The position numbers were made by a program, and so were the translations under genes. From the NCBI GenBank assembly GCA_964016885.1, contig OZ024743.1, forward strand, positions 372,930,001 to 372,994,000: DNA of 64,000 nt, read 5' to 3'. Positions 53,194-64,000 of this stretch are shown here, piece by piece. Each line of letters opens with the position of its first letter. The stretch's first letter is position 1. The notes beneath the pieces were generated by a model. That model was not told where the DNA came from, made no database searches, and was given only the letters and a program-made list of their open reading frames with translations. Source of the DNA: Eledone cirrhosa. Lineage: Eukaryota.

Positions 53194-55623
53194 ATGGAAA
53201 AACAATATTTAGGAACCTCCTTAAAAAACATACCAATACCTTCTAAGGACGACTTCTTACTCCTTATGATTCAGAAAACTAATAATTTTATCAGAAGGGT
53301 TAGATGGAGAGCCTACCACTTCGATAGAAAATCTATACAAGCAGATCGGAAATATATGTATGATTTCAACACTTACAAGAATCCACCACACAACTTTTTA
53401 CTTGAAGACTTCGAGAAAGACCTTTTTAATTTAATTAAACACCTCAAATTTAAAAAGTATAAATCCGTCTTTCAAAAGGACCTTGATTCTACCCTATTGG
53501 ACCTAAAAAAGTCTAAAAAAATCCATGTCCACTCGGACAAAACTGGTAACTTGTATCATATGGATATTGAACATTATAATGAGTTCATATATAAAGAACT
53601 CAGAAAAAATTATAAAAAATCTAATAATGTGTCACTCACCAACATCAACAACAAAACACACAACATAGTAAAAAAACTAAATATTGAAGATAGAACTGAA
53701 CCTTTGGCATTGAAAAGACCACACTTCAACCTGAAAGATCACAAATCTAACTTTAACTCTAATCCTTCTATTAGACTTATATGTCCCTCCAAATCAGATA
53801 TTGGAATAATTAGCAAAAAAATTTTAGATAGAGTCATCCCACAAATAAGAAAATACGTTATTTTACCACTCTGGGAAAACACCTCCCAGGTAATTAATTG
53901 GTTTAAAAATATTAGGTGTAAATCTTCTGCTTCTTTCCTACAATTTGATATAGATAATTACTATTCTTCTATATCACCCATACTCCTGAACAAAGCATTA
54001 ATATTTGCTAAAAATAGATCTAATTTAACTTCGGATGACATTAACATTATTACACATGCTAGACAAACACTTATTGAATTTCAGAATGAATACTGGACCA
54101 GAAACACATACAGTAATCTTTTTGATATTACTATGGGTTCAAGCGATTCCGCCCAAATTACTGATCTTGTGGGCCTCTTTCTCCTTTTCAACATAAATGC
54201 CTCTTTTCCCCACCTCAAAGGTGGTTTATATCGTGATGACTGTCTTCTTCTTTCTAACAACCTTAGCCTTTCAGAAATCGAAAAAAACAAAAAGCATATT
54301 AGAACTTTCCTTAAAGACTATTATAATCTTAATATTACTTTTGAAAAAACAAGTAAAGTAGTAAATTTCCTAGATATAACTTTAGATTTAGCTACGGGTA
54401 TATACCAACCTTACCATAAACCTAACCAAAACTTACATTACATACACTCACAATCTAATCACCCTAAATCTATCCTTAAAAACCTTGCATATAATATATC
54501 ACTTAGAATTTCTAACCTTTCTTCTAACCAAGATGTATTTGATAAAAATGCGACCTTTTATAATGAAGCTCTAGATAGAAGTGGCCACAAAAATAGATTA
54601 GAGTATATACCTTCTACTAAAAATACTGAAAGCATACAGCATAATATTACCAACAAACACCAAATGAAAAGTACACACCTAAATGCCACCCACAGTATAC
54701 CCCAAAATACTAAATCTTCTAATATAAAGTATAGTAACCCTCAAAAAACTACTCATCATACAACTATAATAAATATTAATAATAAAATAGATAAAACACC
54801 TAAATCTACAAATATAACTAAAAATAGTTGTGGTGAGATCATTAACATTAATCCTCCTAGTAAAAATCATGATACAACATATAAAAATAATAAAAATAAT
54901 AAACAACATAGAAACCGTAATAGACGAGTTACTTGGTATAATGCTCCTTTTAATTTACAAGTTAAGGATAATATTGCTAAAAAATTTTTTTATATCCTTG
55001 AGAAAAACTTCCCGCCAAACCACAAATACCATCAAATCTTAAATAGGTCTACAGTTAAATTCTCATACTCTACAACAAATAACATAAAACAAAATATAAG
55101 TGCATATAATGCATATAAATGTAAGAAAACCATAAGTATACCACCAGTACATCAAATTAACAATAATATCTCCTCAAATACAGAATTAACGAAAGGATGT
55201 AACTGTAGAAACAAAACAAACTGCCCATTAAAAGGGAATTGTCTTGTTAACAACATAGTCTATAAATGTAATGTTAAAACTAAAGATTCTATTTGCTCAT
55301 ATATAGGAGCTACCTCTAACAATTTTAAGACAAGGTATAATACCCACAAACATAGCTTTAAAAATGCCGCACTGGCTAATACAACATCTCTAGCAGAAAA
55401 AATCAATAGTTATAAAAATAAAAATATAAAATATGATTTGACCTGGAGTGTGCTCAAAAGAGCCACCCCTTATCAAAATAATAGAAAGGAATGTAGATTA
55501 TGTTCCCAAGAACTATTTGAAATAATGAAGTCTAGGGATATCTTATTAAATAAAAGACAGGAATTAATTATATCGTGTAATCATAAACTAAAAAAAACAT
55601 TTAAATATTATAAACCTAATTAA
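53194..55623 (+). CDS. Penelope-like retroelement polyprotein (reverse transcriptase + C-terminal GIY-YIG endonuclease), Naiad-type, 809 aa from the first ATG
   Basis: N-terminal SLKNIPIPS...RVRWRA; DKTGNLY; RT motifs FDIDNYYSSI, MGSSDSAQITDLVG, GLYRDD, VNFLDITLDL; WYNAPF linker; CNC-x4-CPLKGNC; IVY...YIG...FKTRYNTH; CRLCSQE; LLNKRQE. No stops. Confidence 0.95.
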   Translation: MEKQYLGTSLKNIPIPSKDDFLLLMIQKTNNFIRRVRWRAYHFDRKSIQADRKYMYDFNTYKNPPHNFLLEDFEKDLFNLIKHLKFKKYKSVFQKDLDSTLLDLKKSKKIHVHSDKTGNLYHMDIEHYNEFIYKELRKNYKKSNNVSLTNINNKTHNIVKKLNIEDRTEPLALKRPHFNLKDHKSNFNSNPSIRLICPSKSDIGIISKKILDRVIPQIRKYVILPLWENTSQVINWFKNIRCKSSASFLQFDIDNYYSSISPILLNKALIFAKNRSNLTSDDINIITHARQTLIEFQNEYWTRNTYSNLFDITMGSSDSAQITDLVGLFLLFNINASFPHLKGGLYRDDCLLLSNNLSLSEIEKNKKHIRTFLKDYYNLNITFEKTSKVVNFLDITLDLATGIYQPYHKPNQNLHYIHSQSNHPKSILKNLAYNISLRISNLSSNQDVFDKNATFYNEALDRSGHKNRLEYIPSTKNTESIQHNITNKHQMKSTHLNATHSIPQNTKSSNIKYSNPQKTTHHTTIININNKIDKTPKSTNITKNSCGEIININPPSKNHDTTYKNNKNNKQHRNRNRRVTWYNAPFNLQVKDNIAKKFFYILEKNFPPNHKYHQILNRSTVKFSYSTTNNIKQNISAYNAYKCKKTISIPPVHQINNNISSNTELTKGCNCRNKTNCPLKGNCLVNNIVYKCNVKTKDSICSYIGATSNNFKTRYNTHKHSFKNAALANTTSLAEKINSYKNKNIKYDLTWSVLKRATPYQNNRKECRLCSQELFEIMKSRDILLNKRQELIISCNHKLKKTFKYYKPN

Positions 55624-57359
55624 TAACATTATTCTAGAATTTAATTTAATTTAAATGTTAGTTAACCTATAAATTTAATTTAATTAATATTTTATTACAG
55701 ATGAGAAAATATTATGTAATCATAAATTTTGAAAAACCTTTAAATATTACTAATATATACTCAGTAATTTAATTTATAGATTAATTTTAATTTATTTTAA
55801 CCTTTTATTATAATTTTTTTTATTATAATTCTTTTACAGATAAAATATAACAAAATAATATCATGTATCCTATGACGGAGAAAGAATTTTTAGTATTATA
55901 GACCTAATTAATATACATTTTGGAAATATATTTATTATTTGGTTTTAGTTTTAATCAACCTAAAAATTTAATTTTAATTTGCTTAAAATTAGTATCCTTG
56001 TACAGACGAATTGCAGAATGTCATGTAATCATAGAATGGGATGTGTTTTGGATATATACCTAGTTAATATATTCTGTGCAATTTTTTGAAAAAGATATGT
56101 ATATCTATATGTATATGTATATGTGTGTGTTGAATGTGTATCTGTATGTATATTTATGTGACTATATATGTATATATGTGTATATATATGTATTTATATA
56201 TATATATATGTGTGTATATGTATATGTATATGTATGTGTATGTATATGTATATGTATGCGTATTAATTTTAATTTTTATTTGCATATAATTATATTATGC
56301 TATTGATGAAATACAATATCTGCTTTATGTATTGTATACCTAATTAACATATACTAATTAACGTATACTATTGAAATAAATATATAATTTTTAATTTAGT
56401 TAACATATAATTTATATGCTACTACCGATGTAATACTTTATTTTATTTTTATTTGGGTTTCTTTTCCCTATTACTAGATTCATCTCCTAATATTGATACC
56501 ATAACGTTATTAACTTTAATTTAGTTATAATGTAATTAATAATCTACTACTGTTTGACTTCATAATTCTGCTTCAAATATTATAAACCTAACTAATTTAC
56601 ACCTTGGAAATCAATATGTTGACTATCTTTGGTTTAGTTAACATATGATTAATGGTATACTTTTTTATTTTGAGATGCATAGATTTCGTATTTCCTAGCA
56701 CTGAAAATATGTAAGAACATACATTGAATTAAGATACGGAAAATATTATATGTTTCTTGAAACATATATTTACTTTGATCCCCTTCTCCAAACCCCCCCT
56801 TTCCCCCATACTATTATCATCTGTTTTTGTAAGCGTATATGTATGAATATATGTGTAGGTGGGTGTCTATATAGGTTTTGGTATTTATTTCTAAATATAA
56901 AAATACATATATGAGCATGTAAATATGAATGTAAGATTGAGTGTGTATATATGATTGTACATACATATGTATGTATATATATGTATATATATGTATTATA
57001 TATGTATGTGTATGTGAATGTGTGGTATGTATATGTGTATGTATATGTATATATGTGTATGTATGTGTATGCTTGTATATAGGAATATATATATGTGTAT
57101 ATATGTATGTATATGTATATGCGTGTTTGTATGTATGTGTATATGGGTTCTGTATATATTTGTATGTCTCTCTATTTATATGTTTATCTTCGTATCTATG
57201 TGATATATGTGTGTGTGTGTGCACGTATGCATATGTATGTGTTTGTGTGTGTTTGTATGTGTGTGTGTATATATATGTGTATTTGCGCACACTCACATAC
57301 ACATATATATATATATATATGTGAGTGTGTATGTGTGTCTGTGTGTGTGTGTGTGTGTG

Positions 57360-57409
<50 letters not shown>

Positions 57410-57891
57410 GATATATATATATATATATATATATATGTGTATATAGGTGTCTATGTGTGAATATATGTCTTTATTCGTATGTGTGTATTTATGTATGTAT
57501 ATATTTATGTGTATGTATGTGTGTGTATGTATGTATGTGTATATATATATATATGTATATATGTATATGTGTATGTATATATATATATATATATATTATT
57601 CTTTATTATTATTGTAATATAACTTATGTATATATGTGTATAAGTGAGGTTGTGTATGTATATATACTATGTGTATATATAAGAGTAATGAAATATATAT
57701 ATATATATATATATGTGCATGTCTGTTTTTTATGTGTGTGTATATATATTTATGTATGTGTATATATGTATATATATATATATGTGTACGTGTGTGTATG
57801 TGGATATATGTATATATATATATATATATACATGTGGGTGTTTGTATGTGTATTTATGGTGGTATGAGTGTGTGGATATATATGTTTGTAT

Positions 57892-57923
<32 letters not shown>

Positions 57924-57930
57924 GAGTCTA

Positions 57931-57984
<54 letters not shown>

Positions 57985-59101
57985 CATGTGTGTATGTGTT
58001 GCGCGTGAGTGTGTGTGTATTTATATCTTTTTATATGTGTATGTGTATGTTCGTGTAAATGTATGTGTGTGTATGACTGTATAGGTATGTGTGTATGTAT
58101 GTATGTGTAGATATCTCTATGTGCGCGTACATGTATGTATGTGTATGTATATCTGTATGTGTATGTACATTATATTATATTTATTATATTTTATTGTTTT
58201 TATTTTTTTATTTTATTTTTCTTAATTTATAGATACATTTATATTAGGCAGTCTGGTCTGACAATCTAATACTGACCCCTCCCCCCCCCTCCCACATAAT
58301 TTCTGTATCTTGATTTTGAAATCTGTGTACCAGTGTTTTTATGTGAGTGACTTAATTTCTATTTGCTTATGATTTTATATCCACATATATAAATGTGAGT
58401 GGGGGAGTGTGTGTGTTTGTATGTTCGTGGTTATGTGTATATTTATGCATATACGCACATGTATGTGTGATTATACTGATATGTGTGAGTATGAAAAAAA
58501 TATATTTATATGCTTGACTCCATAAGTATCATTGCGTATCTTATCAGCACATTAAGCTTACAGAGATATTAACCTTGAAATTTTGTGTTTGCATCCATCT
58601 TTTTAGTATGCACATACAAATTATACACACATTATTGTAAAATATGTGTAAGGTTTTTACATGTATATACACACACCAAACTGCTTTTAACCCTTTGTGT
58701 TTTCATTGGTCAATTTTGAACTGATATTTTGAATTGTTGTTATTATCAATAAATATACTTCATTATTTCTGAAGACGGCGTATATATGAGTTAGGTATGT
58801 ATATTTAATCTTGATAATTTGTATAATTTTGTATAATTTTGTACATAGATCTGTTAAATATGCATACCAATTATAACACATATATACCCTAGAAACGATC
58901 GTTAAATAGTGAACTTTTTTTGTTTAATATAAGGAATTGTTTGTTCATTATTTGTTTAATATTTTATCTTGACTCTGTATACCGTTTATTTTTCACCGAA
59001 AGTGGATTTTCATTACATCTCTTCTTTCCATGATATCCGGAATACATTGAGTTCTTCATACGGATTGGACACTACCGTAAACTCTTGGTAGATTTATCTA
59101 C

Positions 59102-59104
<3 letters not shown>
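55475..59104 (+). repeat. Downstream direct pseudo-LTR
   Basis: Copy of 49414-53041; ends gatttatctacat followed by (AT)n. Confidence 0.95.
58759..58913 (+). ncRNA. pLTR hammerhead ribozyme (downstream copy)
   Basis: Same as 52696-52850, offset 6063. Confidence 0.78.
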
Positions 59105-59133
<29 letters not shown>

Positions 59134-59202
59134 AAACAAAGCAAGGACGGGTTGTTACTCCTTCATTACGTTTCTCTACGTTACACTCCATGGGTATATA
59201 TA

Positions 59203-60306
59203 TCTATACATATAAAACTGTAGTTGTCTGTGTGTGTGTCCTCATTTTTGCAAAGTCTATACAAATCCACATTTCTACTCCGATTGACTTCAAACTTGCA
59301 TTTATATATTCCTTGCGGTCTACAGATATTAACTGCAGCTCTTATTTTTCAATTTTCTGTTGTTAAAGAGGTGTTAGGCGCCGGTTATCCATCTCTGTCG
59401 CACCCTTATAATATCTGGCTGTCTGCATTACGACATTCTGACAAACATTGATGACGTATTATGTTCGCTATTTTCCGTTCATTGCCAGGGAACGACTTCA
59501 CGAACCAAAGTATCGTCTTCCTGTTTTCCTTCGGTTGCAACGTTTTTCGAAATACTTCTGCTTTCACAGATGGATTTTTTTTAGTTTCAGAAGATCCAGT
59601 TAAGGGTGAAAGCAGCGATTCTTTGCTTAAACTTTAATCTGTTATTTTAATATATAATATAAGCGAGGCAAGCCAGCCCAGTTGCACTTCTTGCCAATAA
59701 ACATTAAAACCCTTTGTGCGCCATTCATCTCACTGTAGACCAACAAATACCAACTAAGATGGCAAATGAATCTTCGAGGTAAGCAGTTTCCTCCCGAGCT
59801 GTTAGTTTACGCAGGATTCTCTGCTACACCTTTTCGTAATAATACCGAACAACGTACTGCTGGTCACTCCTTCCTCCAAAAGCCGTACAAAGCGGACATG
59901 TGCATCGGGCAGATGGATCGGGTGCAAATCTACACCAGGCCTACGCGAGAAATTCGCAAGGAACTGCACCGAGAGGGATAGAGAGAAACAGTAACTTAGT
60001 GGACAGAGTGCAAATGAACTTTTGAGGTAAGTAGCCTACGCCTTACTGCTATGACACTGGAACCTTCTGCCAACTTAACCTGTGACTTTCTCTTTCACAT
60101 TTACTCCAAAAGACCAAAACAGAGGAGTATGAAAAGAAGGGGCTCAACAATATTTCTATGAACAATGCACGTAGACAGCTAAACTGTACTTTCAACTTCT
60201 TAATTTTCTCCAAATAAAACAAGTTTCCTGTCGGTATATTTTCGTTTCTCATTGGAGGTGCTATTACCAATGTTCTTACCCGTGCAACGCCGGGATACAC
60301 TGGTAG
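59203..60306 (+). mobile_element. Non-autonomous Helitron
   Basis: 5' TCTATACATATAAAACTGTAGTTGTCTG resembles the 18170 start; 3' hairpin cccgtgcaacgccggg then ctggTAG followed by T. Confidence 0.7.
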
Positions 60307-60334
60307 TATATATATATATATACACGTATATACG

Positions 60335-60700
60335 CACCAGGTGTCCGCTAGAAGTGTCACAACATGTAGCATTCCAGATGAGGGGCCTGCCTACCACCGC
60401 GGAACAGGATGTCTGTCATGCCATCTGGCCTTTTGGCCATCCCGTTGGTCAAGCCCCGCTGGCTCCAGCTGGGGAGGGAAGCCTGCACCGTTCAGACTAT
60501 GCTTTATGATCTCGTTGAGAGCATCATGGCTTGGGAGGCGACCTGCAATATAACAGCATGACAGTGTTTGGAGACCGATAGAATCCACAGTGGAACCGCA
60601 AAGGCAATGTGAGGCTCGGAGATCCGGAGGCTGAGTCTCAGGGAAACACCGATGCGCTAGTAGTCACTGTCCAGCTGATTGCCAGTCGCAAGTGATGGTA
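60335..60700 (-). pseudogene. Frameshifted RLE domain of a CRE-like retrotransposon
   Basis: HDALNEIIKHSLNGAGFPPQLEPAGLDQRDG, then after a frameshift GRPLIWNATCCDT. Confidence 0.75.
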
Positions 60701-60719
60701 CTGCGTTGTGTCCAGCAAT

Positions 60720-61540
60720 TACCCAGTGCATTACTGGTACTTTATTTTATCGACCCCGTAAGGATGAATGGCAAAGTTAACCTCGGGGGATTTGAACTCA
60801 GAATAGCAAGGGCCGTAACTCTATACGCCAAAGCATGGCGTCCGACCCTCTACCGGTACTGCCAATCCACCGGAAACAAATAATGCAGGTTATCATTATT
60901 CGATTAACACTCTCGGTACGGACGCCATGCTCTGCAGCATATAGTTACGGCTCTTTACGTTCTGAGTTCAAATCCCACCGAGGTTAGCTTTTCCTTTCAT
61001 TTTTACGGGGTCGATAAAATAAAGTACCAGTAATGCACTGGGTTCGATTTAATCGACTTTCCCCTCTTCTTCAAATTGCTGGCCTTGTGCCTAAAGTAGA
61101 AACAATTATTAGATAAAAGGATGGCGGTAGATTGGCATATAGATGAAAGGATGGCGTCGAACAATATGTTTTATGGCATACAGTTACATCAGTTTACGTT
61201 CTGAGTTCTGATCTCGTTGAGGTCAGCTTTGCGTTTCATCTTTACGGGTCGATAAAACAAAGTACCAGTAACGCTCTGGGGTCGATTTAATCAACTTTCC
61301 CCTCTCCACAAATTGTTGGCCTTGTGGCTAAATAAGAAACCATTATTTGATAAAAGTGGATTGGCAGTATCAGTAGAGGGTCGGACGCCATGATTTGACG
61401 CATAGAGTTACGGCCCTTGCCATTCTGAGTTCAAATGCCGCCGAGGTTAACTTTGCCTTTCATCCTTACGGGGTCAATAAAGTACCAGTAGTGCACTGGG
61501 TAATTGCTGGCCTTGTGCCAAAAAGTAGAAACAATTATTT
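60720..61540. mobile_element. Cluster of four tRNA/Nin-like SINEs (one minus, three plus)
   Basis: About 60720-60872(-), 60918-61090, 61120-61345 and 61356-61540, each with GAGTTC B-box and gcctttcat..ggggtcgataaa. Confidence 0.75.
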
Positions 61541-61750
61541 GATAAAAGACATCATTAAGGTGTAAGTAGTAACGTCTTGTTATTTTCACATAGCTCCAGC
61601 CGTCAGCCAAAGTCACAACTGTAAAATCACGTGTGTTATAAAGCGGGTGGATACAGGCAGGTCAACAGGAATAATTTTGATCAATATACAATAATATCGA
61701 TCATATTGTCCAGTAATTGCTCAGTGACAAAATAGTTACACACACACAAA

Positions 61751-61785
61751 AGCTGAAGATCCGCATAAGGTGAAACAATTGTTCT
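61751..61785 (+). ncRNA. Minimal hammerhead motif with stem I truncated
   Basis: ag-CTGAAGA-t cc gcataa gg t-GAAA-CAATTG-TT-ct. Confidence 0.45.
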
Positions 61786-62165
61786 CGGTATGGTGAACTA
61801 ACTGTTGTGTTACTAATTCTATATATATATATATATAATTACAATGTGCTTATAGACCCAGATTAAAAGTTCCAGACATTTAATCATTGACAATTGTTCC
61901 TTTCCATAGTAATATACCACCGACACGACAGAAAATTATTTTATTTAATAATTTGCTATCAGTTAACATAAACAATAGGAGTCATCAGAGTTTAATTAAT
62001 ACACCTAGTAAATGAGTGAAATTTACTCCCATTAATATTACTATTATATATATATATATGTATATACATAGAGAGAGAGATTTACAAAATTACTATTTAA
62101 AACATCACAATTCAGAAGAATGGGAATAACATTATTTATTGCGTTACACTTACACGTGTTTCATC

Positions 62166-62198
<33 letters not shown>

Positions 62199-62454
62199 GA
62201 TATATTTCTTTATTTGCCACAAGGGCGCACATGAAAAGGGGACAATACAAAGACACATGCCGGGGGTTTTACATACAGTCGTGTAAAAAATATAAGACAA
62301 ACAATTATAGATAGAGAGAGATAGTTTTTCCTTGAAAGAAACAAGAATAGAATCATTATCAATTTGCCAAATGCCTGCCAGTTATCAAGGAATGTAAGAC
62401 TAAAGATGAAGTAGAAGACTGAAGATAATGACACCAAAACAGAATCGGTAAACA

Positions 62455-62489
<35 letters not shown>

Positions 62490-62666
62490 AGTAAAATTAT
62501 TAATATATAGTTGAAATGAACGAACAAAACACAGGAGGCAATTGTACACAGTTATATGAGGTTCACGCTTGGTGGAAGTGGTGGAAGTTTCAACGTTTCG
62601 GACATAAGTCCTTCACCAGGAAAGTTCGGATAGGGGGAGAACAGGAATTATATATATATATATATA

Positions 62667-63293
62667 CAGAGTGTCCCCTCAAAATGTATACACACTTCAA
62701 CAGCAAAAAAAAAGATTCTTTAAAATAAATTTTGTATGCATGATTTAAATGGCGGTGAGGGCAGTCGATTGGCAGTATCGGTAGAGAGTCGGACACCATG
62801 CTTTGCAGCATAGAGTTACGGCCCTTTATGATCTGAGTTCAAATCCCGCCGAGGTTAACTTTGCCTTTCATCCTTACGGGGTCGATAAAATAAAGTACCA
62901 GTAATGCACTGGTTAATTGCTGGCCTTGTGCCAAAAGAAGAAACAATTATTTAAATGGCGGTGGATTGGCAGTATCGGTAGAAGGTCGGACGCCATGCTT
63001 TGCAGCATAGAGTTACGACCCTTCACGGTCTGAGTTCAAATCCTACCGAGGTTAACTTTGCCTTTCATCCTTAGGGGAGCTATAAAATAAAGCACCAATA
63101 ATGCACTGGGGTAATTGCTGGCCTTGTGCCAAAAATAAAAACAATTATTTAAATTATGTATGCATTTCGGGGTGTTTACATACAATTGAATTATGTCTGT
63201 AGATCATCTTATTTTGGGGAAGGGTTGTGCATTCTAATAAATATTCCCTGTACAGGTAACCAAAGTCTGTATACATTTTTGGTGGACACCCTG
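62667..63293. mobile_element. Tc1/mariner-like MITE containing two tandem SINEs (62751-62952, 62957-63150)
   Basis: TIRs cagagtgtccc..aaaatgtatac / gtatacattttt..ggacaccctg; internal SINE heads ggcggtg..gattggcagtatcgg. Confidence 0.65.
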
Positions 63294-63454
63294 TTCATAT
63301 TAGATTAAATCTCTATATATAAAATATATATTGATTAAGTTATTCTACAAAGAAAGCATAATTTATAAAATTTAAAGAGAGCATAATTTATAAAATTTAA
63401 ACGATATACATAGTTTTTTCCATATATCAAGTTGAGAAACAACTAGTATTATCT

Positions 63455-63492
<38 letters not shown>

Positions 63493-63654
63493 GAGAGAGA
63501 GAGAACGACGAATAATAAATGTACTCACTTAAAGAAAGAATCAACTAGATATATGGGAAAAGAAATGTATATATAGCTTAAATTTGTATATATACTTGAA
63601 CTTCTCCACCTGCATCAGCGGAATTCCATTTGCATATATATATATATATATATA

Positions 63655-64000
63655 AAGGAAGCCTGTACAGTGCACTTTACATGTAAATGGAGTGTTCCGC
63701 TGATGCAGGTGTAGAAGTTCAAGTATCTTGGGGCCGTTTTCACGAGTGATGGAAGGCAGGAATCTGAATTAAGTACAAAATTTGCAGGAGCTAGTGTAGT
63801 AATGTGTCAGCCTCAGCATTCGGTAATCAGAAGGGAGGTAGGTGTAAAAGCCAAACTAGCTATCTTCAAATCGGTTTTCGTGCCAATCCTTACCTATGGT
63901 CATGAATCTTGAATACGATCGCGAATACAAGCATCCGAAATGGGGCTCTTCCGAAGGGTGTTTGGAGTAACATTACTCAATAGAGTGCGTAGCTCGGAGA
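63655..64000 (+). pseudogene. Decayed RTE-clade RT fragment, with a short inverted piece at 63592-63633
   Basis: FKYLGAVFTSDG...AKLAIFKSVFVPILTYGHES*...IQASEM..RRV.GVTLLNRVRS. Confidence 0.8.

Larger units (their letters stand above)
45830..59104 (+). mobile_element. Full-length Penelope-like element (Naiad-type): inverted pLTR + pLTR + ORF + pLTR, inserted in (TA)n
   Basis: RT + GIY-YIG ORF; 49414-53041 repeats at 55475-59104 (period ~6.06 kb); 45830-49413 is an inverted copy; (TA)n on both flanks. Confidence 0.93.

Noticed and set aside
53194-55623. Selenocysteine recoding, reported for some Naiad elements
   Set aside because: The ORF has no in-frame TGA, the conserved Cys positions use TGT/TGC, and it ends in TAA. 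No SECIS was identified by eye.
49414-59104. LTR retrotransposon
   Set aside because: The repeats begin inside the ORF, lack TG..CA ends, PBS and PPT, and there is no gag, integrase or RNase H; these are PLE pseudo-LTRs.

Overview
AT-rich, microsatellite-saturated eukaryotic DNA with no recognisable host gene. The SINE and repeat content suggests an octopus or other cephalopod (inference). Nearly all ORFs in the track are (TA)n/(CA)n translation artefacts. The only intact gene is a Penelope-like retroelement ORF (RT + GIY-YIG, Naiad-type, 53194-55623). It sits in a young 13.3-kb insertion (45830-59104) inside (TA)n, arranged as inverted pLTR / direct pLTR / ORF / direct pLTR. Each 3.6-kb pLTR carries its own microsatellite block and a type I hammerhead ribozyme with a 116-nt stem II. 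About 20 further intact or decayed hammerhead motifs from several unrelated small-repeat families occur in the window, mostly in short fold-back insertions within (TA)n; one has a ~430-nt retrozyme-like monomer. The rest is RTE and CRE-like LINE relics, tRNA-derived SINEs (one head amplified into a 45-bp x ~31 array), non-autonomous Helitrons, a Merlin relic and MITEs. All alignments and folds were done by eye, so coordinates may be off by a few bases.
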